From the NCBI GenBank assembly GCA_003141525.1, contig PLML01000193.1, positions 719 through 64,718 of the forward strand: a stretch of DNA of 64,000 nt. The letters are read 5' to 3'. Position numbers and translations under genes: made by a program. Below the pieces are notes generated by a model. That model did not search any database and was not told the DNA's origin. It worked only from the letters and a program-made list of their open reading frames with translations. The DNA comes from Bacteroidales bacterium (GTDB taxonomy: Bacteria; Bacteroidota; Bacteroidia; Bacteroidales; VadinHA17). Position 1 is the stretch's first letter, and each line of letters opens with the position of its first letter. Positions 16,951-28,800 of this stretch are shown here, piece by piece.

Positions 16951-19900
16951 TTAATATTAAACCTTTTGATGCCGGGATTATTAAATTATTTATTTCCACT
17001 TCTGATTGCGTTTGTAATTTGTCAATTTCAGGAGCCTCAATTTTTACTGTAGATGAATTTAATCCCAACTTATTCCAATCAATATCTAATTTTACAGATT
17101 GATCTTTATCTGCCCAATTCCCCATTGCTATCATTACTTCACCTTTTTTGATATATGTACTTGCTAATACATTTTTGTTATTAGTTTTAACAGCAATTTC
17201 AGGATCCCAATAACCCACATATCTTGAATCGGATATACCAAAATAGTCCCATAATTTCCATATGTTTGTGGGATCACAACCTTGCCATCCTAACCTGGAA
17301 GTCATTCCATAAACCATTCCTCGATAAACATTGCCACAACCAGCCAGCATTTCACCATATAGTCCAAAAGGAATTCCCGAAATTTCAATGAGCCAATAAT
17401 CCGGATTTGTATTATAATCAAACCCTTCACCAAACCATAGGCTATTTATATAGGGGAGCAACTCCATATTTTGATTCGCAGGACTATTCATACCGAAATA
17501 TTTATTAAATGTATTACCTGCATGAAAATCAAACAAGCCACCATCTGATGTTCTATCCATAGTCTTACGCAGCCTTTTCATAAATTCTCTATCGTAACCT
17601 ATGCCATCTAAATACAAACCACTCACTCCTAAATTTTTTATTAACCAACTAAATCCTTCTACATAATAATTGAGCCATCGGGATAATGTTTGTGTCCTTA
17701 TAGACATATCCCAATCTACACCTGTTCCGGACGGAAGAGGACTATGCCATTTCCCATCATATCTTGACCGAAGATGTTCATACAGCCACGGATGTCCCAT
17801 TGTACCCATCGCATTAAAGTCCAAATCAATATTTTCTTTAATAGAAAAATCAGGCATCTTAATAACATTATCACGGGTATAAACTTCATCACCGAGTGAT
17901 CGTAAAGCCCATAATTCAGGAAGATATACAGACAATTCTCTTACGGTATAATACAATTTTGTTTTAATATCATGACCTTTAGCATAGCTTATCACTTCTT
18001 TTAACAAATCCGGAGTAAGAAATGGATAATTAATAAAAGGATTGTATATATTACCCTGATGTAAAATCATAACTTTTGCTTTATTATTATTAATTACATC
18101 TTTAATGGCCGCCTCATCCGCATTAGAATCATGATAATAACGTTGTTCCCAATGCTTGTCATCCAAGGTCTTAAAAGGAGTAATAGCCAAACCAAAATTC
18201 AAAACCATCGTATCTCCGCTCATCATTGTCTTATTTCCTATATAAGCGGTTATCACAACTTCATTGCCAAATGATTTAATATTACATCCTCCTTTACCAT
18301 CATTACTCCAATCTCTGTAAGGTCCCGTTTTCTTTAAGTCAAACATTGGCCAGTCAGGAGTCAAGTTTTTTAATTTCAATTGCATTCCTGCATTAACTGC
18401 ACCCATCCAAACCATATTGCTTGTAATATTTGTATCCCATTTCCAATCTAAGTTTAGATTTTCAGGTGTTCGTCCTCCTTGTCTTCCCATTCCCATTAAA
18501 TATGTTGCTGCAGATTTTTTGTAGGGAAGAATAAGTTTTACATCGTCTAATGTTACGTTCTTTTTAGCAACTATTTTTGTTTCATAATTAACATAACCAT
18601 CACATTCCATCTTGGCTTTAATATAAACAGCTATATTTGCAGAATATAATGAGGTTTCCCAGGCAACAGTACCACTGGTCCTTAAGGTAATTACCGGGTC
18701 TTTTGCCTTCAAATCAATTACTTTATCTCCTTGCAATACATTAAGCCGTATTTCTTCAGATATTATCTCTTTTTCAGGTCCATTAACATCATGATTACTC
18801 GCTGAAAAAGAACTTGTTATCCTAGCTGGAAGTCCATATTTATTAAATGTTAATTTTCTTCCAAATATGGATACCGTATTTTTCTCTAACTTTACAGGAG
18901 TAAACGGTGAAAAAACCTCATTATCCAATCCCATATCTGAATCTAGCCAATTTAAACGAGACTGATTTTGGGGTGTATTATAACCTCTATTTTCCGCTAT
19001 TCTTTCACCAACTTTTATCGTTACATCTATATTATATTCTTTTGTGCCTTGTGCTGATACAATTACCTTACCCTTATAAATTCCTGCAGGTTGATTCTCT
19101 TTTATATCTGTTATAATCCACATTGCCTGTACTTCACCTTTTGGCACATTCACATTTTTAGTAAAGCTTTTACCTAAATGATCACGGCCTCCTGTATTAA
19201 TACATTTAAATGCAGTTGAGGGTATAGAAGACCCCTGGTCTGTCTTTAAATTAGAAAAGAATATTTGCACTCCTCTTAACTCCTTAAATGGGGCAAAAAC
19301 CCCTAATTGCCATACATAAATTTCATTCTTAAGCGCTGTCCCTTCAAAGGGATAATTCGCTCCTTTTTTATACCACCTGTAAGGAATTGTTTCAAACATT
19401 CGAATAGGAAATTTTCTATCTTCCGGAAATATCAAAAACTCTTTATCCCTGTTTTTTTCCAAAATCTCTGATAACTCTTTCTGAGTAACAGGTATTTCCA
19501 TTGGATAAAAACTATGAAAATCATTTTTACTCTCAAATCGAATAGTCTTTGCTATTCCTTGGATAATACTGTTTGCAATGCTGTTTTTCCAGTTAACATC
19601 AAATGTCTCTGCCGGTTTTACATAGTCAGGGTAAGGAAACCACCACATTCGACTGTCATTAACCTTTCCAGGCATGTAATACAAATAATATTTCCCTTCT
19701 CCCGAAGTTGGTTCAAATACGATTTCTGCATAATCTTTATTTAACTCTGTACTATAAATATTGTTTACTCGTTGGTCAGTAAATGCATCTATTAATATTA
19801 GAGTTTTTTCTTTAACATTATCCAATCTACGCCATGGAACAACTAAGCTAACTGCATTTGCTGCCTTTTCGACATAAATAACAGCCCTGTGGTTCCCAAG

Positions 19901-20071
19901 CCCTTGTGAGTTCCACTGACCTGTTCCATAAGTAATGTTCTGAATGTCCTGGGCATAAATTTGGACATTAAATAATACCAAAATGAAAAAAAATGTATTT
20001 TTTTTCATAAAATTTTTAATTTTTCTCATAATTGACTCCTTGCTTTTAATTAATTTGTCTTTCATGTTCAT
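16937..20071 (-). CDS. Exported ~1000-aa glycoside-hydrolase-like protein, paralog family 'D'
   Basis: 1044 aa as listed in the track. The probable real start is the Met at 20008 ('MKKNTFFFILVLFNVQIYAQ', SPI signal). Motifs are 'GNHRAVIYV...VPWRRLD...GKYYLYYMP', 'SRLNWLDSDMGLDN', 'KLYYTVRELSVYLPELWALRSLGDEV', 'SGLYLDGIGYDRE', 'FDFHAGN', 'LWFGEGFDY' and 'SGIPFGL'. Confidence 0.6.
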   Translation of the reverse strand: MNMKDKLIKSKESIMRKIKNFMKKNTFFFILVLFNVQIYAQDIQNITYGTGQWNSQGLGNHRAVIYVEKAANAVSLVVPWRRLDNVKEKTLILIDAFTDQRVNNIYSTELNKDYAEIVFEPTSGEGKYYLYYMPGKVNDSRMWWFPYPDYVKPAETFDVNWKNSIANSIIQGIAKTIRFESKNDFHSFYPMEIPVTQKELSEILEKNRDKEFLIFPEDRKFPIRMFETIPYRWYKKGANYPFEGTALKNEIYVWQLGVFAPFKELRGVQIFFSNLKTDQGSSIPSTAFKCINTGGRDHLGKSFTKNVNVPKGEVQAMWIITDIKENQPAGIYKGKVIVSAQGTKEYNIDVTIKVGERIAENRGYNTPQNQSRLNWLDSDMGLDNEVFSPFTPVKLEKNTVSIFGRKLTFNKYGLPARITSSFSASNHDVNGPEKEIISEEIRLNVLQGDKVIDLKAKDPVITLRTSGTVAWETSLYSANIAVYIKAKMECDGYVNYETKIVAKKNVTLDDVKLILPYKKSAATYLMGMGRQGGRTPENLNLDWKWDTNITSNMVWMGAVNAGMQLKLKNLTPDWPMFDLKKTGPYRDWSNDGKGGCNIKSFGNEVVITAYIGNKTMMSGDTMVLNFGLAITPFKTLDDKHWEQRYYHDSNADEAAIKDVINNNKAKVMILHQGNIYNPFINYPFLTPDLLKEVISYAKGHDIKTKLYYTVRELSVYLPELWALRSLGDEVYTRDNVIKMPDFSIKENIDLDFNAMGTMGHPWLYEHLRSRYDGKWHSPLPSGTGVDWDMSIRTQTLSRWLNYYVEGFSWLIKNLGVSGLYLDGIGYDREFMKRLRKTMDRTSDGGLFDFHAGNTFNKYFGMNSPANQNMELLPYINSLWFGEGFDYNTNPDYWLIEISGIPFGLYGEMLAGCGNVYRGMVYGMTSRLGWQGCDPTNIWKLWDYFGISDSRYVGYWDPEIAVKTNNKNVLASTYIKKGEVMIAMGNWADKDQSVKLDIDWNKLGLNSSTVKIEAPEIDKLQTQSEVEINNLIIPASKGLILIVKE

Positions 20072-20112
20072 TTTGAGTTATTTCAATAAGATTCAAATAT
20101 TAAATTTAAAAA

Positions 20113-23100
20113 TTACTTATGTTGCAATTTCAAATGGCCTTTCGCCTTTTCATCATTTATTTTAATAAGCTGCATAAAGTCATTATTCTTTGCTACAAGG
20201 ATGTTTCGGGTTTTATCTTGACCAAGATGAATTATTGCTATTTGCCTTACTTCTCCTTTTATGAATAATCCGCTTTTCAAAGCAACTACAGGTTCAAAAT
20301 TACCAGCACCATCACCTTTTAAAAAAAGTCCAATACTGGCGTCGTTTCTGACAGCATCAACATCAGAACCATACATATTTCCTGCAATTACAAGGTCTAA
20401 TAGCCCATCTCCGTCGATATCTTCCGCTATAATGCTGTTTGTTGAAGAAATCTGGGCCAAATTCTTTAAAGGATGAATCTTGAAAGTCCCATTTCCTTTG
20501 TTTTCAAAATAACAAGTAGAAAAATTCGTGGCTTTATAGTTCAGGGCACTTTGCAGATTTTCAGCTCCATATATATCTTGCAGAGTGGCTTTACCATAAG
20601 CGTCGTAAGATGGGAATTTTTGCAAAATAAAAGGACATTGCTCTGCAGAACGATCTCTACCATACAAAGGATATAGCGTTTCGCCATAATAATAGCCTAA
20701 TACCAGATCTAATGTGCCATTATTATCAAAATCTTTTGCATATATTTCAAACGGTCTATTTTTGCTCGCTTTGTATTTATAATTCAAACCAAGATTCCCG
20801 GCTACAAAATCCATGTTGCCATCCTGGTTAAAATCAGCAGATGTAATGCAATTCCACCAACCAATATCTTGAGACAATCCTGACTCAACAGTAACGTCTT
20901 TAAAAACATTACCACAATTTTTAAATACTTTTGGTGACATCCATTCGCCCACTATTAATAGATCGAGTTTGCCATCATTGTTAATATCGGTCCAATTAGC
21001 ATCTGTAACCATCCCTATATTTTTTAGTTGTGGGGCAATTTCGGAAGTTACATCCTTGAATTTGACTGTACCCGATTTACTCTCATTTCTTAGAATAAAG
21101 CTTGATGCAGGAAGTGGATACTTGCCTGGCCTTTGACGACCACCGACAAAAAGGTCCATATAACCATCTCCGTCATAATCTCCTGCTCTAACACAGGAAC
21201 CACTTTTTATCATACTTGGTAAAGCTCCTTTTGCTTTTATAAAATTGTTTGAACCAACATTTAAATAAAGACGATCCTGCAGATATTGAGACCCCTCTTC
21301 AAACTCATCACTGCCACTAACCACGTATAAATCCAGTAGACCATCATTATTTGCATCAAAAAAAACTGCGCCAACATCTTCGCAATCCTTGTCTTCTGAC
21401 CATGGTTGATTACCCAAAGCTTCAAAAGTACCACCACTAGTTTGAAAATATAATTTCCCAGAATACCCTTTAGCCCCTCCAATATAAAAATCGTCCATTC
21501 CATCATTATTAACATCACCCACAGCCATTGCCGGTCCCAGATCTGACATTTTATGTGGTAATAAACTTTCGCGGACAATATTATTAATTTTATTTTCTTC
21601 ATGTTTATGATGGAGATTCATCTTTTTAGTTATATCAGTAAATAAGGAAGGTGTGTAAAAGGAGAAGTTATGTATTTGATTTGCTTCTTTATAATACAAG
21701 TTTTTACGCTGATTGCAGGGTATATTTGTAATTACCTGTTCTTTTCCATCAGGCCATATAACCTGGATTTCAGGTACAATAGTGTCTGATCCCAGCCCAA
21801 AATGTAGAATAGGACTTACAGAAGATTGGAAACCACGAGTTAGATATTGCTCTAGTACTTGAATACGAGTTGCTTGTTTTAGAATAATTTTCGTGCCTAT
21901 ACCCAAAGGATTTTGTCTCGGACCTATAAGATTAAACTGTATATAATTTCCCAAACCTTTTTCCCTGCAATTGTTTTTATAAATAAACGATATTCCCAAT
22001 GTATTATTCACAACAATGTCCATGTCCCCGTCGTTATCAAAATCGGCATAAGCTGCTCCATTAGAGCAAGTAAGAAAATCGTTCGACCATACTCCATTCA
22101 TTTTTTCAAAAGTTAAATCTCCATTGTTCCTGAAAAAATAGTTATTCTTTTTTCTTTGAGGCATTTGATTTAGAATGCCAAGGGTTGTGGGGTTATAAAT
22201 GGAGCTATTTCTGCCCAATTGTCCAGATTTTGCTAATTCTTCAATTTTTTTTCTGAAATAAATCGCAAAATCATAATTCAAATAATCTTGTTTGTAGCCA
22301 TTTGATACAAACAAATCTTTATTACCATCGTTGTCCATATCAAAAAGTAATGGTCCCCAGCTCCAATCGGTAGCTGAAATGCCAGCGATTTGAGCAATAT
22401 CTGAAAAGCTTGGTTTTTGATTTTGTGCAATAATTCCATTATTCAGCTGAAGTGTATTATAAGGGTACTGATAGTGTAATCCCAAATTAACCATTTGTTG
22501 GAAATTCATTAAATTCATTGATCCATAGCTAGTTTTACTATTGTAATTATCTTCGGCCTGCATATCTAAAGTAATAATATCCGTCCATCCATCATTATTA
22601 AAATCAGCCAAATCGTTGCCCATTGAAGAATAAGATATATGATTTAAAGATTCATTAATACATTCAGTAAATGTTCCATTCTTGTTATTTAAATATAAGG
22701 CATCCTTGCCCAGAAAATCATTGCTTACGTATATATCAGGCCATCCATCATTATTTAAATCGCTCACTCCGACACCCAAACTCATAATTAGGCTATTATT
22801 AATTAGTCCTGCTTTTTTTGATACGTCAAAAAATTTCCCATTTCGGTTTTCATATAGTCGATCTCCGGTAATATTACTTTCAGTTTTTAAATTTTTGTTC
22901 AAGTATCTAAAATCGATAGCATTCATATCAGGCGAGGCATTTATCAAAAACATATCTAGGTCACCGTCACGATCATAATCAAAAAATACAGCCTGAGTAG
23001 AGCATAAATCTATATCAAGGCCATATTTTGAACTCTCTTCCTTGAACGTAGGAATACCCTCCTTATTTAAACCTTGATTTACTAATAGCTTATTCTTCCT

Positions 23101-23550
23101 CATTTCTGGGTCCATATATGGCCCGGCATTGCAAATATAAATATCCATCCATCCATCAGAATTTATATCTACGGTAGTTACACCAGTATGAAATCCAGCA
23201 ATATTATCTGTTCCAGATTCTTCTGAAACATCTTTAAAGCTTAAGTTCCCTTTGTTTAAATAAAGTTTATTGCGACCAAGTGTAGACAAAAAAAACACAT
23301 CCTGAAGTCCGTCGTTATTAAAATCAGCAACAGCAACCCCAGCACCATTGTTAAAATTCAAATAAGTTAATTGATCCATAGTGAACGACTCTGGAAGTTT
23401 ATTTTCAAAATTAATTCCTGTTTCTTGTGGGGTTAATATTTCGAATAGTCTTTTTGGTTCTTGAGGAGAACTTGAAGAATTAGCTGTGTGATTTTTTGTT
23501 TTGCAAGAAAAGACCATGAATATCACGATATAAACTAAAAGATTTCTCAT
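20113..23550 (-). CDS. VCBS/FG-GAP repeat lipoprotein with ASPIC/UnbV-like region (CRTAC1-like)
   Basis: 1145 aa with the lipobox 'FMVFSC'. At least 14 Ca-binding-type repeats of the form DxNxDGxxD are present, for example 'DFNNDGLQDVF', 'DINSDGWMDIY', 'DLNNDGWPDIY', 'DFDNDGDMDIV' and 'DIDGDGLLDLV'. A central 'RGFQSSVSPILHFGLG' is typical of the ASPIC/UnbV domain. Confidence 0.8.
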   Translation of the reverse strand: MRNLLVYIVIFMVFSCKTKNHTANSSSSPQEPKRLFEILTPQETGINFENKLPESFTMDQLTYLNFNNGAGVAVADFNNDGLQDVFFLSTLGRNKLYLNKGNLSFKDVSEESGTDNIAGFHTGVTTVDINSDGWMDIYICNAGPYMDPEMRKNKLLVNQGLNKEGIPTFKEESSKYGLDIDLCSTQAVFFDYDRDGDLDMFLINASPDMNAIDFRYLNKNLKTESNITGDRLYENRNGKFFDVSKKAGLINNSLIMSLGVGVSDLNNDGWPDIYVSNDFLGKDALYLNNKNGTFTECINESLNHISYSSMGNDLADFNNDGWTDIITLDMQAEDNYNSKTSYGSMNLMNFQQMVNLGLHYQYPYNTLQLNNGIIAQNQKPSFSDIAQIAGISATDWSWGPLLFDMDNDGNKDLFVSNGYKQDYLNYDFAIYFRKKIEELAKSGQLGRNSSIYNPTTLGILNQMPQRKKNNYFFRNNGDLTFEKMNGVWSNDFLTCSNGAAYADFDNDGDMDIVVNNTLGISFIYKNNCREKGLGNYIQFNLIGPRQNPLGIGTKIILKQATRIQVLEQYLTRGFQSSVSPILHFGLGSDTIVPEIQVIWPDGKEQVITNIPCNQRKNLYYKEANQIHNFSFYTPSLFTDITKKMNLHHKHEENKINNIVRESLLPHKMSDLGPAMAVGDVNNDGMDDFYIGGAKGYSGKLYFQTSGGTFEALGNQPWSEDKDCEDVGAVFFDANNDGLLDLYVVSGSDEFEEGSQYLQDRLYLNVGSNNFIKAKGALPSMIKSGSCVRAGDYDGDGYMDLFVGGRQRPGKYPLPASSFILRNESKSGTVKFKDVTSEIAPQLKNIGMVTDANWTDINNDGKLDLLIVGEWMSPKVFKNCGNVFKDVTVESGLSQDIGWWNCITSADFNQDGNMDFVAGNLGLNYKYKASKNRPFEIYAKDFDNNGTLDLVLGYYYGETLYPLYGRDRSAEQCPFILQKFPSYDAYGKATLQDIYGAENLQSALNYKATNFSTCYFENKGNGTFKIHPLKNLAQISSTNSIIAEDIDGDGLLDLVIAGNMYGSDVDAVRNDASIGLFLKGDGAGNFEPVVALKSGLFIKGEVRQIAIIHLGQDKTRNILVAKNNDFMQLIKINDEKAKGHLKLQHK

Positions 23551-23617
23551 ATGGATAGAAGTTTAAAAATTCGTTGCCCGGTCTATAATTTATTTATGTT
23601 ATAAAACTCATGTTTTA

Positions 23618-25786
23618 TCAGAGTGACTTGATAACTGCCAGGTCTGTGTCCCACGGTTTCATTATTTTACTAACAGTTAACCGATCATTACTTATTTTAA
23701 CCCAATCTTTATCAGATGTATATTTTTTCTTCGGGTCTAATCCTATTTCTGATAGAGTTATTATACCCTGCGTTGTCTTTGAAGTATCAGAAAGATTAAA
23801 AATATTTATTACACACTGCTGTTTTTCTGATAAAGAGTGAATGTGTATTTCTTCGTTTATCCCATAAAAATCGCCATGTTTGAAAAAATCTTGTAGTTGA
23901 ATATATAGCTTCATATTTTTGTGATGGTTTTCGGTAACTATTGAATCAGGGCTATCTCCTCCGATTCCGAGATGACGGGCAGTGGAGGCGTACCACCACA
24001 GCACAATACTGTTAGCATTATCGCGTCCCGTGTTAACATGCAAATAAATAGGGACATTGCATCCCAGATTGTAATAATACATGGCTAAAGCTGTTTTATC
24101 TTTCAGATGCTGGAATGGTTCCCACATGAGTTCAAATCCCCAATTCTCATCATAACTTCCCGGAAGGCCATATTTATAATATACAGGTGTAGACCTGGTC
24201 CAATGTCCTCCATTAATCATGTCATGCATCTCAATCAAAATGTTTGGATATTTAACATGAATACGCCTTGCCATTTCTACACAGGCATCAATATGATCTT
24301 CGTATAAATAAGGAATAGGATGCCCATGATTGAAATCCTCGCAAGAGCCATTCCACCATGTCCCATCAAACATAAGAAAAGAGACACCTGCTTCACAAAG
24401 TTTTAATAAACGTTGCTCTGCTTCATCCTGAAACTGTTTTGATCCCATGCATACTTGAGGTCCTATTTTAGCTGGTATTACCCTGTCTTTTAAGGTCACA
24501 CTATCTTTTGTTTTTATTAGTCGCCTACATGATTCAGGCCAATCACTGATATTACTTCCAAAGTTGGATGTCCATGGAGGCATTGGTGTGTGCATAGATG
24601 TTTTTAGACCATATGTCTTTTCAATCATGTTAACGTAATTTTTACATTCACACAACCTTACTGTATCCCATATAAATGAACCAAATTCAGTGTCCCATCC
24701 GGGATCTAAATAAAGAGCTTGACAAGAATGTTCTACAGCCTTTTGGGCTTCTTTTTTCAAATTTTCGATTGTATAAACTTTATGATCTTCACCAATATCG
24801 TAAAGTTCATTCCAATGTACCGGAGGATTGAAATTCTTTGGGAACCGACACCCCATTTCATCCAACATATCCCTGTACTTGTAAGCAACTTGATTATATC
24901 CACCTGTAATTGGGTAAAAACGGTTCAAACCTAAATAAATAGTACATAAAGGTTCAAAGCGTTCCATTGTTGAAAGGCAAACCCCTTCTTTGTTAAATCC
25001 ACCAAAATTCAGCCATCCGACATTGTCGAATGATAGTGTACTAAATATCATATTGTCTTGATTAAAACTAAAAATGCCTAATGTTGCTTTGTTATGTCGC
25101 CAGGCCCATCCTTCAGAAATAAAACTGTGAGAAGGAAGACGACGTGGAACATCCCAGGTAAATTCACTCGTCTGATAAACAAAGCCTTGGCCTTCAATTA
25201 TTTGCTTGATATTATAGTCAATTTCGTTCTTATCGGGTAAGGTCCCCATCGATTTCGGATAATCGGAACGATGCAGAAATGGGACTCCTTGAAAATGGTC
25301 TTGTGTGAAATCATTCAATATTTTTCCATCCGCACCAATAACTTTTTTACTGAATGCCGTGTGAAAATGTTTAACATTTCTGCGTTCACCATGTGTGTTT
25401 ACAATTTTCATCTCTTCAGCCAGAAAGGGACTCTCTGCCGAAAGTATCAGGTCATGTTCAATCTCGAAACCGCCGATTAACCCTCGAATATGAATTCGGT
25501 CAGATTGACATACTATCTTTGGCAATTCCAGACCAGAATATTCCTTGAGTTGTCCTGAAATCATTTCTCCAAGTTCATAATGATAAATCCCATCTGCCCA
25601 AACTACATTTTGCTTGAGGTCGGTAACCTTTACCTGGATTTTACCGGCATCGATTAAAACATCAACCTGAAAATTCTTATTGGTTAACTTAACGGTCTTT
25701 TCATTTTGTGAAGAAACCTTATGATTAATGCCCAGAAATATTATGAGTGTAAAAATTACTTTAAAATAACATAAAAAGTGTTTCAT
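23618..25786 (-). CDS. Exported ~720-aa protein, paralog family 'X' (unassigned; putative TIM-barrel glycosidase)
   Basis: 722 aa with an SPI signal ('NHKVSSQNE'). Motifs shared with 37453-39624 and 51131-53386 are 'ALYLDPGWDTEFGSF', 'FLMFDGTWWNGSCED', 'HGHPIPY', 'LIEMHDM' and 'LWWYASTARHLGIGG'. By eye it is about 60-65% identical to 37453-39624. Confidence 0.55.
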   Translation of the reverse strand: MKHFLCYFKVIFTLIIFLGINHKVSSQNEKTVKLTNKNFQVDVLIDAGKIQVKVTDLKQNVVWADGIYHYELGEMISGQLKEYSGLELPKIVCQSDRIHIRGLIGGFEIEHDLILSAESPFLAEEMKIVNTHGERRNVKHFHTAFSKKVIGADGKILNDFTQDHFQGVPFLHRSDYPKSMGTLPDKNEIDYNIKQIIEGQGFVYQTSEFTWDVPRRLPSHSFISEGWAWRHNKATLGIFSFNQDNMIFSTLSFDNVGWLNFGGFNKEGVCLSTMERFEPLCTIYLGLNRFYPITGGYNQVAYKYRDMLDEMGCRFPKNFNPPVHWNELYDIGEDHKVYTIENLKKEAQKAVEHSCQALYLDPGWDTEFGSFIWDTVRLCECKNYVNMIEKTYGLKTSMHTPMPPWTSNFGSNISDWPESCRRLIKTKDSVTLKDRVIPAKIGPQVCMGSKQFQDEAEQRLLKLCEAGVSFLMFDGTWWNGSCEDFNHGHPIPYLYEDHIDACVEMARRIHVKYPNILIEMHDMINGGHWTRSTPVYYKYGLPGSYDENWGFELMWEPFQHLKDKTALAMYYYNLGCNVPIYLHVNTGRDNANSIVLWWYASTARHLGIGGDSPDSIVTENHHKNMKLYIQLQDFFKHGDFYGINEEIHIHSLSEKQQCVINIFNLSDTSKTTQGIITLSEIGLDPKKKYTSDKDWVKISNDRLTVSKIMKPWDTDLAVIKSL

Positions 25787-25807
25787 GACGAGAATATTAT
25801 TATATGT

Positions 25808-28800
25808 TTATTTTGTTGTGGATATAGACCTTAAATCAAGTGCATCCCAGGTAAACCAACCTTCGCCCATAACTTTTATCCGGAGAAGATTGTCCCCTTG
25901 CTTCACTACCCCTTTAGGGATTATTACTTCAACTGTTTTTGCCTGGGCAAGGTGTGCCTGGTCGGACTTCTGAAATCCATAACCTTCCGGGAGCTCAGTT
26001 TCAAAGGATTTTCCGTTAAGATCAATACTTATCATTGCCCCTGTCGTTGCCTGATCCGAAGAGTGGATGCTCAGTAATGCTCCCTGGCTCATAGATAGGG
26101 CAGTTCCCTTGAACTCCCATTCCAAAGTTTTACTTTCGTCCGATAAAAATGGCACTTTTACTGCATCCGGCTGCCTCCCTTTTACTTGAATCAGGTTTGT
26201 ATTAATCGAAGGGGCTAAGCCCGGATACCCTGCAAATTCCCAACACATGCGGTCTTCACGTCCAAGAGCCAGGAGTATGTCCGCTGAGGGTTTAATTTCA
26301 ACTGGATCAGCATTCCAGCTTTCTACTCGCCATCCGGTTTGAATAAGTGTTAAACCATCCTTAGGATAAAGAGGAGCGCGTATCTGTATAGTTCTTGATT
26401 CATTCGGTGCAATACAGACATAAAGATTATACATAATCAGGTCCGTTCGATAGTTTAGCATAGGTTTCGGTTCGCAGAAAAGAGCTGTCATTTTTCCTGT
26501 GTTAGTTAATTTCAGGTCAAGCACCTCTTCTTCACCTTCTATGCGTAGAACAATTGACGTTACTTTTAGTGTTGTTCGCATTATAGGACGGAATATTTCG
26601 GGAAGTTGCCGTCCTTTTACATTCGCATAGCCTGTCGTATCTTGCAACTTTGCTAACATTTTTAAATTATCGTCCGAATCAGGGATATGGTTGTCAAGCA
26701 AACCCTTCAATGGAGCTCGCACACCTCCCAAACCAAAAATATGTACTCGTTCGTTCAGAACGTTGCCCACAGAGTCGGAAAGTTGCAACTCTACCAACAC
26801 AGGACCGAAGGCAGTTTTTTCTGGTAACTTAATGGATATGTCCGCCAATTTCTTTACTTCGATAGGGTTAATTTCCACACTACCCTTACCTGAAGAAATA
26901 ACTCTACCTCGACGGTCCCTGGCTTTCCATGACCAATGCAAGTTTTTTACCGGTATATCCGCATCGCTTGTTATATAGAGTGTTGTTTTAATACCATCAC
27001 GAATATTATAGAGTGAAGAAAGATGTCTTAGTGATAAAGATAATTGTGCAGCTGCCTGCCTCACAAATGTATTATTCATAAGCAGGCGTCCGTCATAATC
27101 AACCTGATAGCTTCCGGCTCCATTGGTCCAGGGTTCATTAAAGTCCCAGGTCATCATTCCTCCCACTGCCGTTCCCCTGCGACGTATAGCATCTAGCGCA
27201 TAACGCAATCCTTCAGCACCAATATACTGTCCTGCTTTCAATAAAAACTCCAGATTAGGAGCATCCCCAAAAAGAAAATCAATTACTGGTTTTTCGAGCC
27301 ATGCATCTTCATCGAATACAGCATATGTTATATTTTTACGAATTACTATCGGATTCTCTTTCTCAAAAGGCCATTGTGCAGATGGGGGAATTTCACGTTG
27401 CCATACTTCTAAATGAGCTGGTGTCTGATAACCGAACTCTCCGTAACGCATCCTCGGATAAACATAACTTGAAGGCCCTGTCGGTATCGATCCGGTCTCA
27501 TCAGGCACTCTTGGAATCAATTGATCCCATGTAAAATATACACCTATTGGATCAGTAAAATTCCATGGTCCATGGCATCCTCCGGTAATAGGGTCGGTAT
27601 CACGGAAAACCCTTTCCGTATCTTCTTCTTCAAATATCTTGCGGATATGCTTAATCACTGTGAAATCACCTCCTCCACCATACCCCATTTCATTTCCACC
27701 GTTGTATTCGATAATCGAAGGATGATTCCAAACCTGATGGATAATATTACGTAATGTAGTATCTAAATTATTTAATAAACCAGGGTAAGGTTTCGGGTCT
27801 AGGGATGCAATAGGTATCTCTAACAACATCATAATACCTAATTCATCTGCTAAATCATAAACTTCAGGAGTAAAAATCACACCGCCTCCCCAGATTCGAA
27901 GTGCTGTAAATCCTGATGCCTTGGCCAGTCGCAGCAGATGTGGAGCACGCTCAGGAATACGTGCAAATAACAGGTCGGGGGGTACCAGGTTTGAGCCAAT
28001 CATTCGTATTGCAAGTCCATTCACAACAGGCATATATTTCTCCGGAAAATCTGCCCGTGCTTCAGCTGTGAGTTGCCAACGAAGCTCGCGTACCCCAAAG
28101 TGTGTATGAATTGAATGTATTACTTTTCCCGAAGTATCAACTAATGTAACTTCCAAATTGTAAAGGTTTTGTTCTCCATGTCCATTAGGCCACCACAAGG
28201 CAGGATTTTCAAGGGCTATTTCCACATAAAGTTTATTTGAGCCTTCTGTCACGGAAAAGGGCGTTTCGGCGATGCGTTCTAACCCATTACCGCTGATCTT
28301 AAGTTTCAGCGTTCCCTTTTCCCTTGTCTGACTGTTTACCGCCACGTTCACCTGAACTTTTGCTTTCTTATAATTATCCGAAAGAGGTGTTTCAATTTTC
28401 AGATATTCTATAGCAGCCACTCCGCTTGCCTCAAGACGTACATCTTTCCATATACCCAATGTCCAAATATTCACTCCCCAGTCCCATCCAAAATTTGTAG
28501 GACTTTTCAAATCCTTAAGCGTTTCGAGTGTCTTAGTCAGACCCTCAACAAAATACCATTCCGTACGAGCTCCACTTTCTTTACCATCACTTTTCTCAAT
28601 GTAAGGCGCCGAAATTGCCGGAATACTGGCTATCCGGACATCAAGCCGATTGGTCTCTCCAATTTTGAGAATATTGGCTACATCAAATTCAAAACGACGA
28701 AACATATTTGGGTTACTGCCAATCTTTTTGCCATTAAGCCACACTTCACAAGCGTAGTCCACTCCATCAAAAACCAGGCGAATTCGTTTAGCAGAAAAAT

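Noticed and set aside
19983-20008. Near-palindromic ATG-A8-TGTA-T8-CAT at the 5' end of the family-D gene; considered as a slipped-strand phase-variation tract or a bidirectional start
   Set aside because: Eight-base homopolymers are common in ~35% GC DNA. The A8/T8 simply encode 'MKKN..FFF' of a signal peptide. The plus-strand 60-aa ORF (19983-20165) has no supporting features. Variation data would be needed to claim phase variation.
21261-21602. 113-aa ORF on the minus strand inside the VCBS gene (different frame)
   Set aside because: It is fully nested in a 1145-aa CDS with strong repeat-domain evidence. The product is low-complexity and Trp/Met/Ile-rich with no recognisable motif. It is most likely an out-of-frame shadow ORF.
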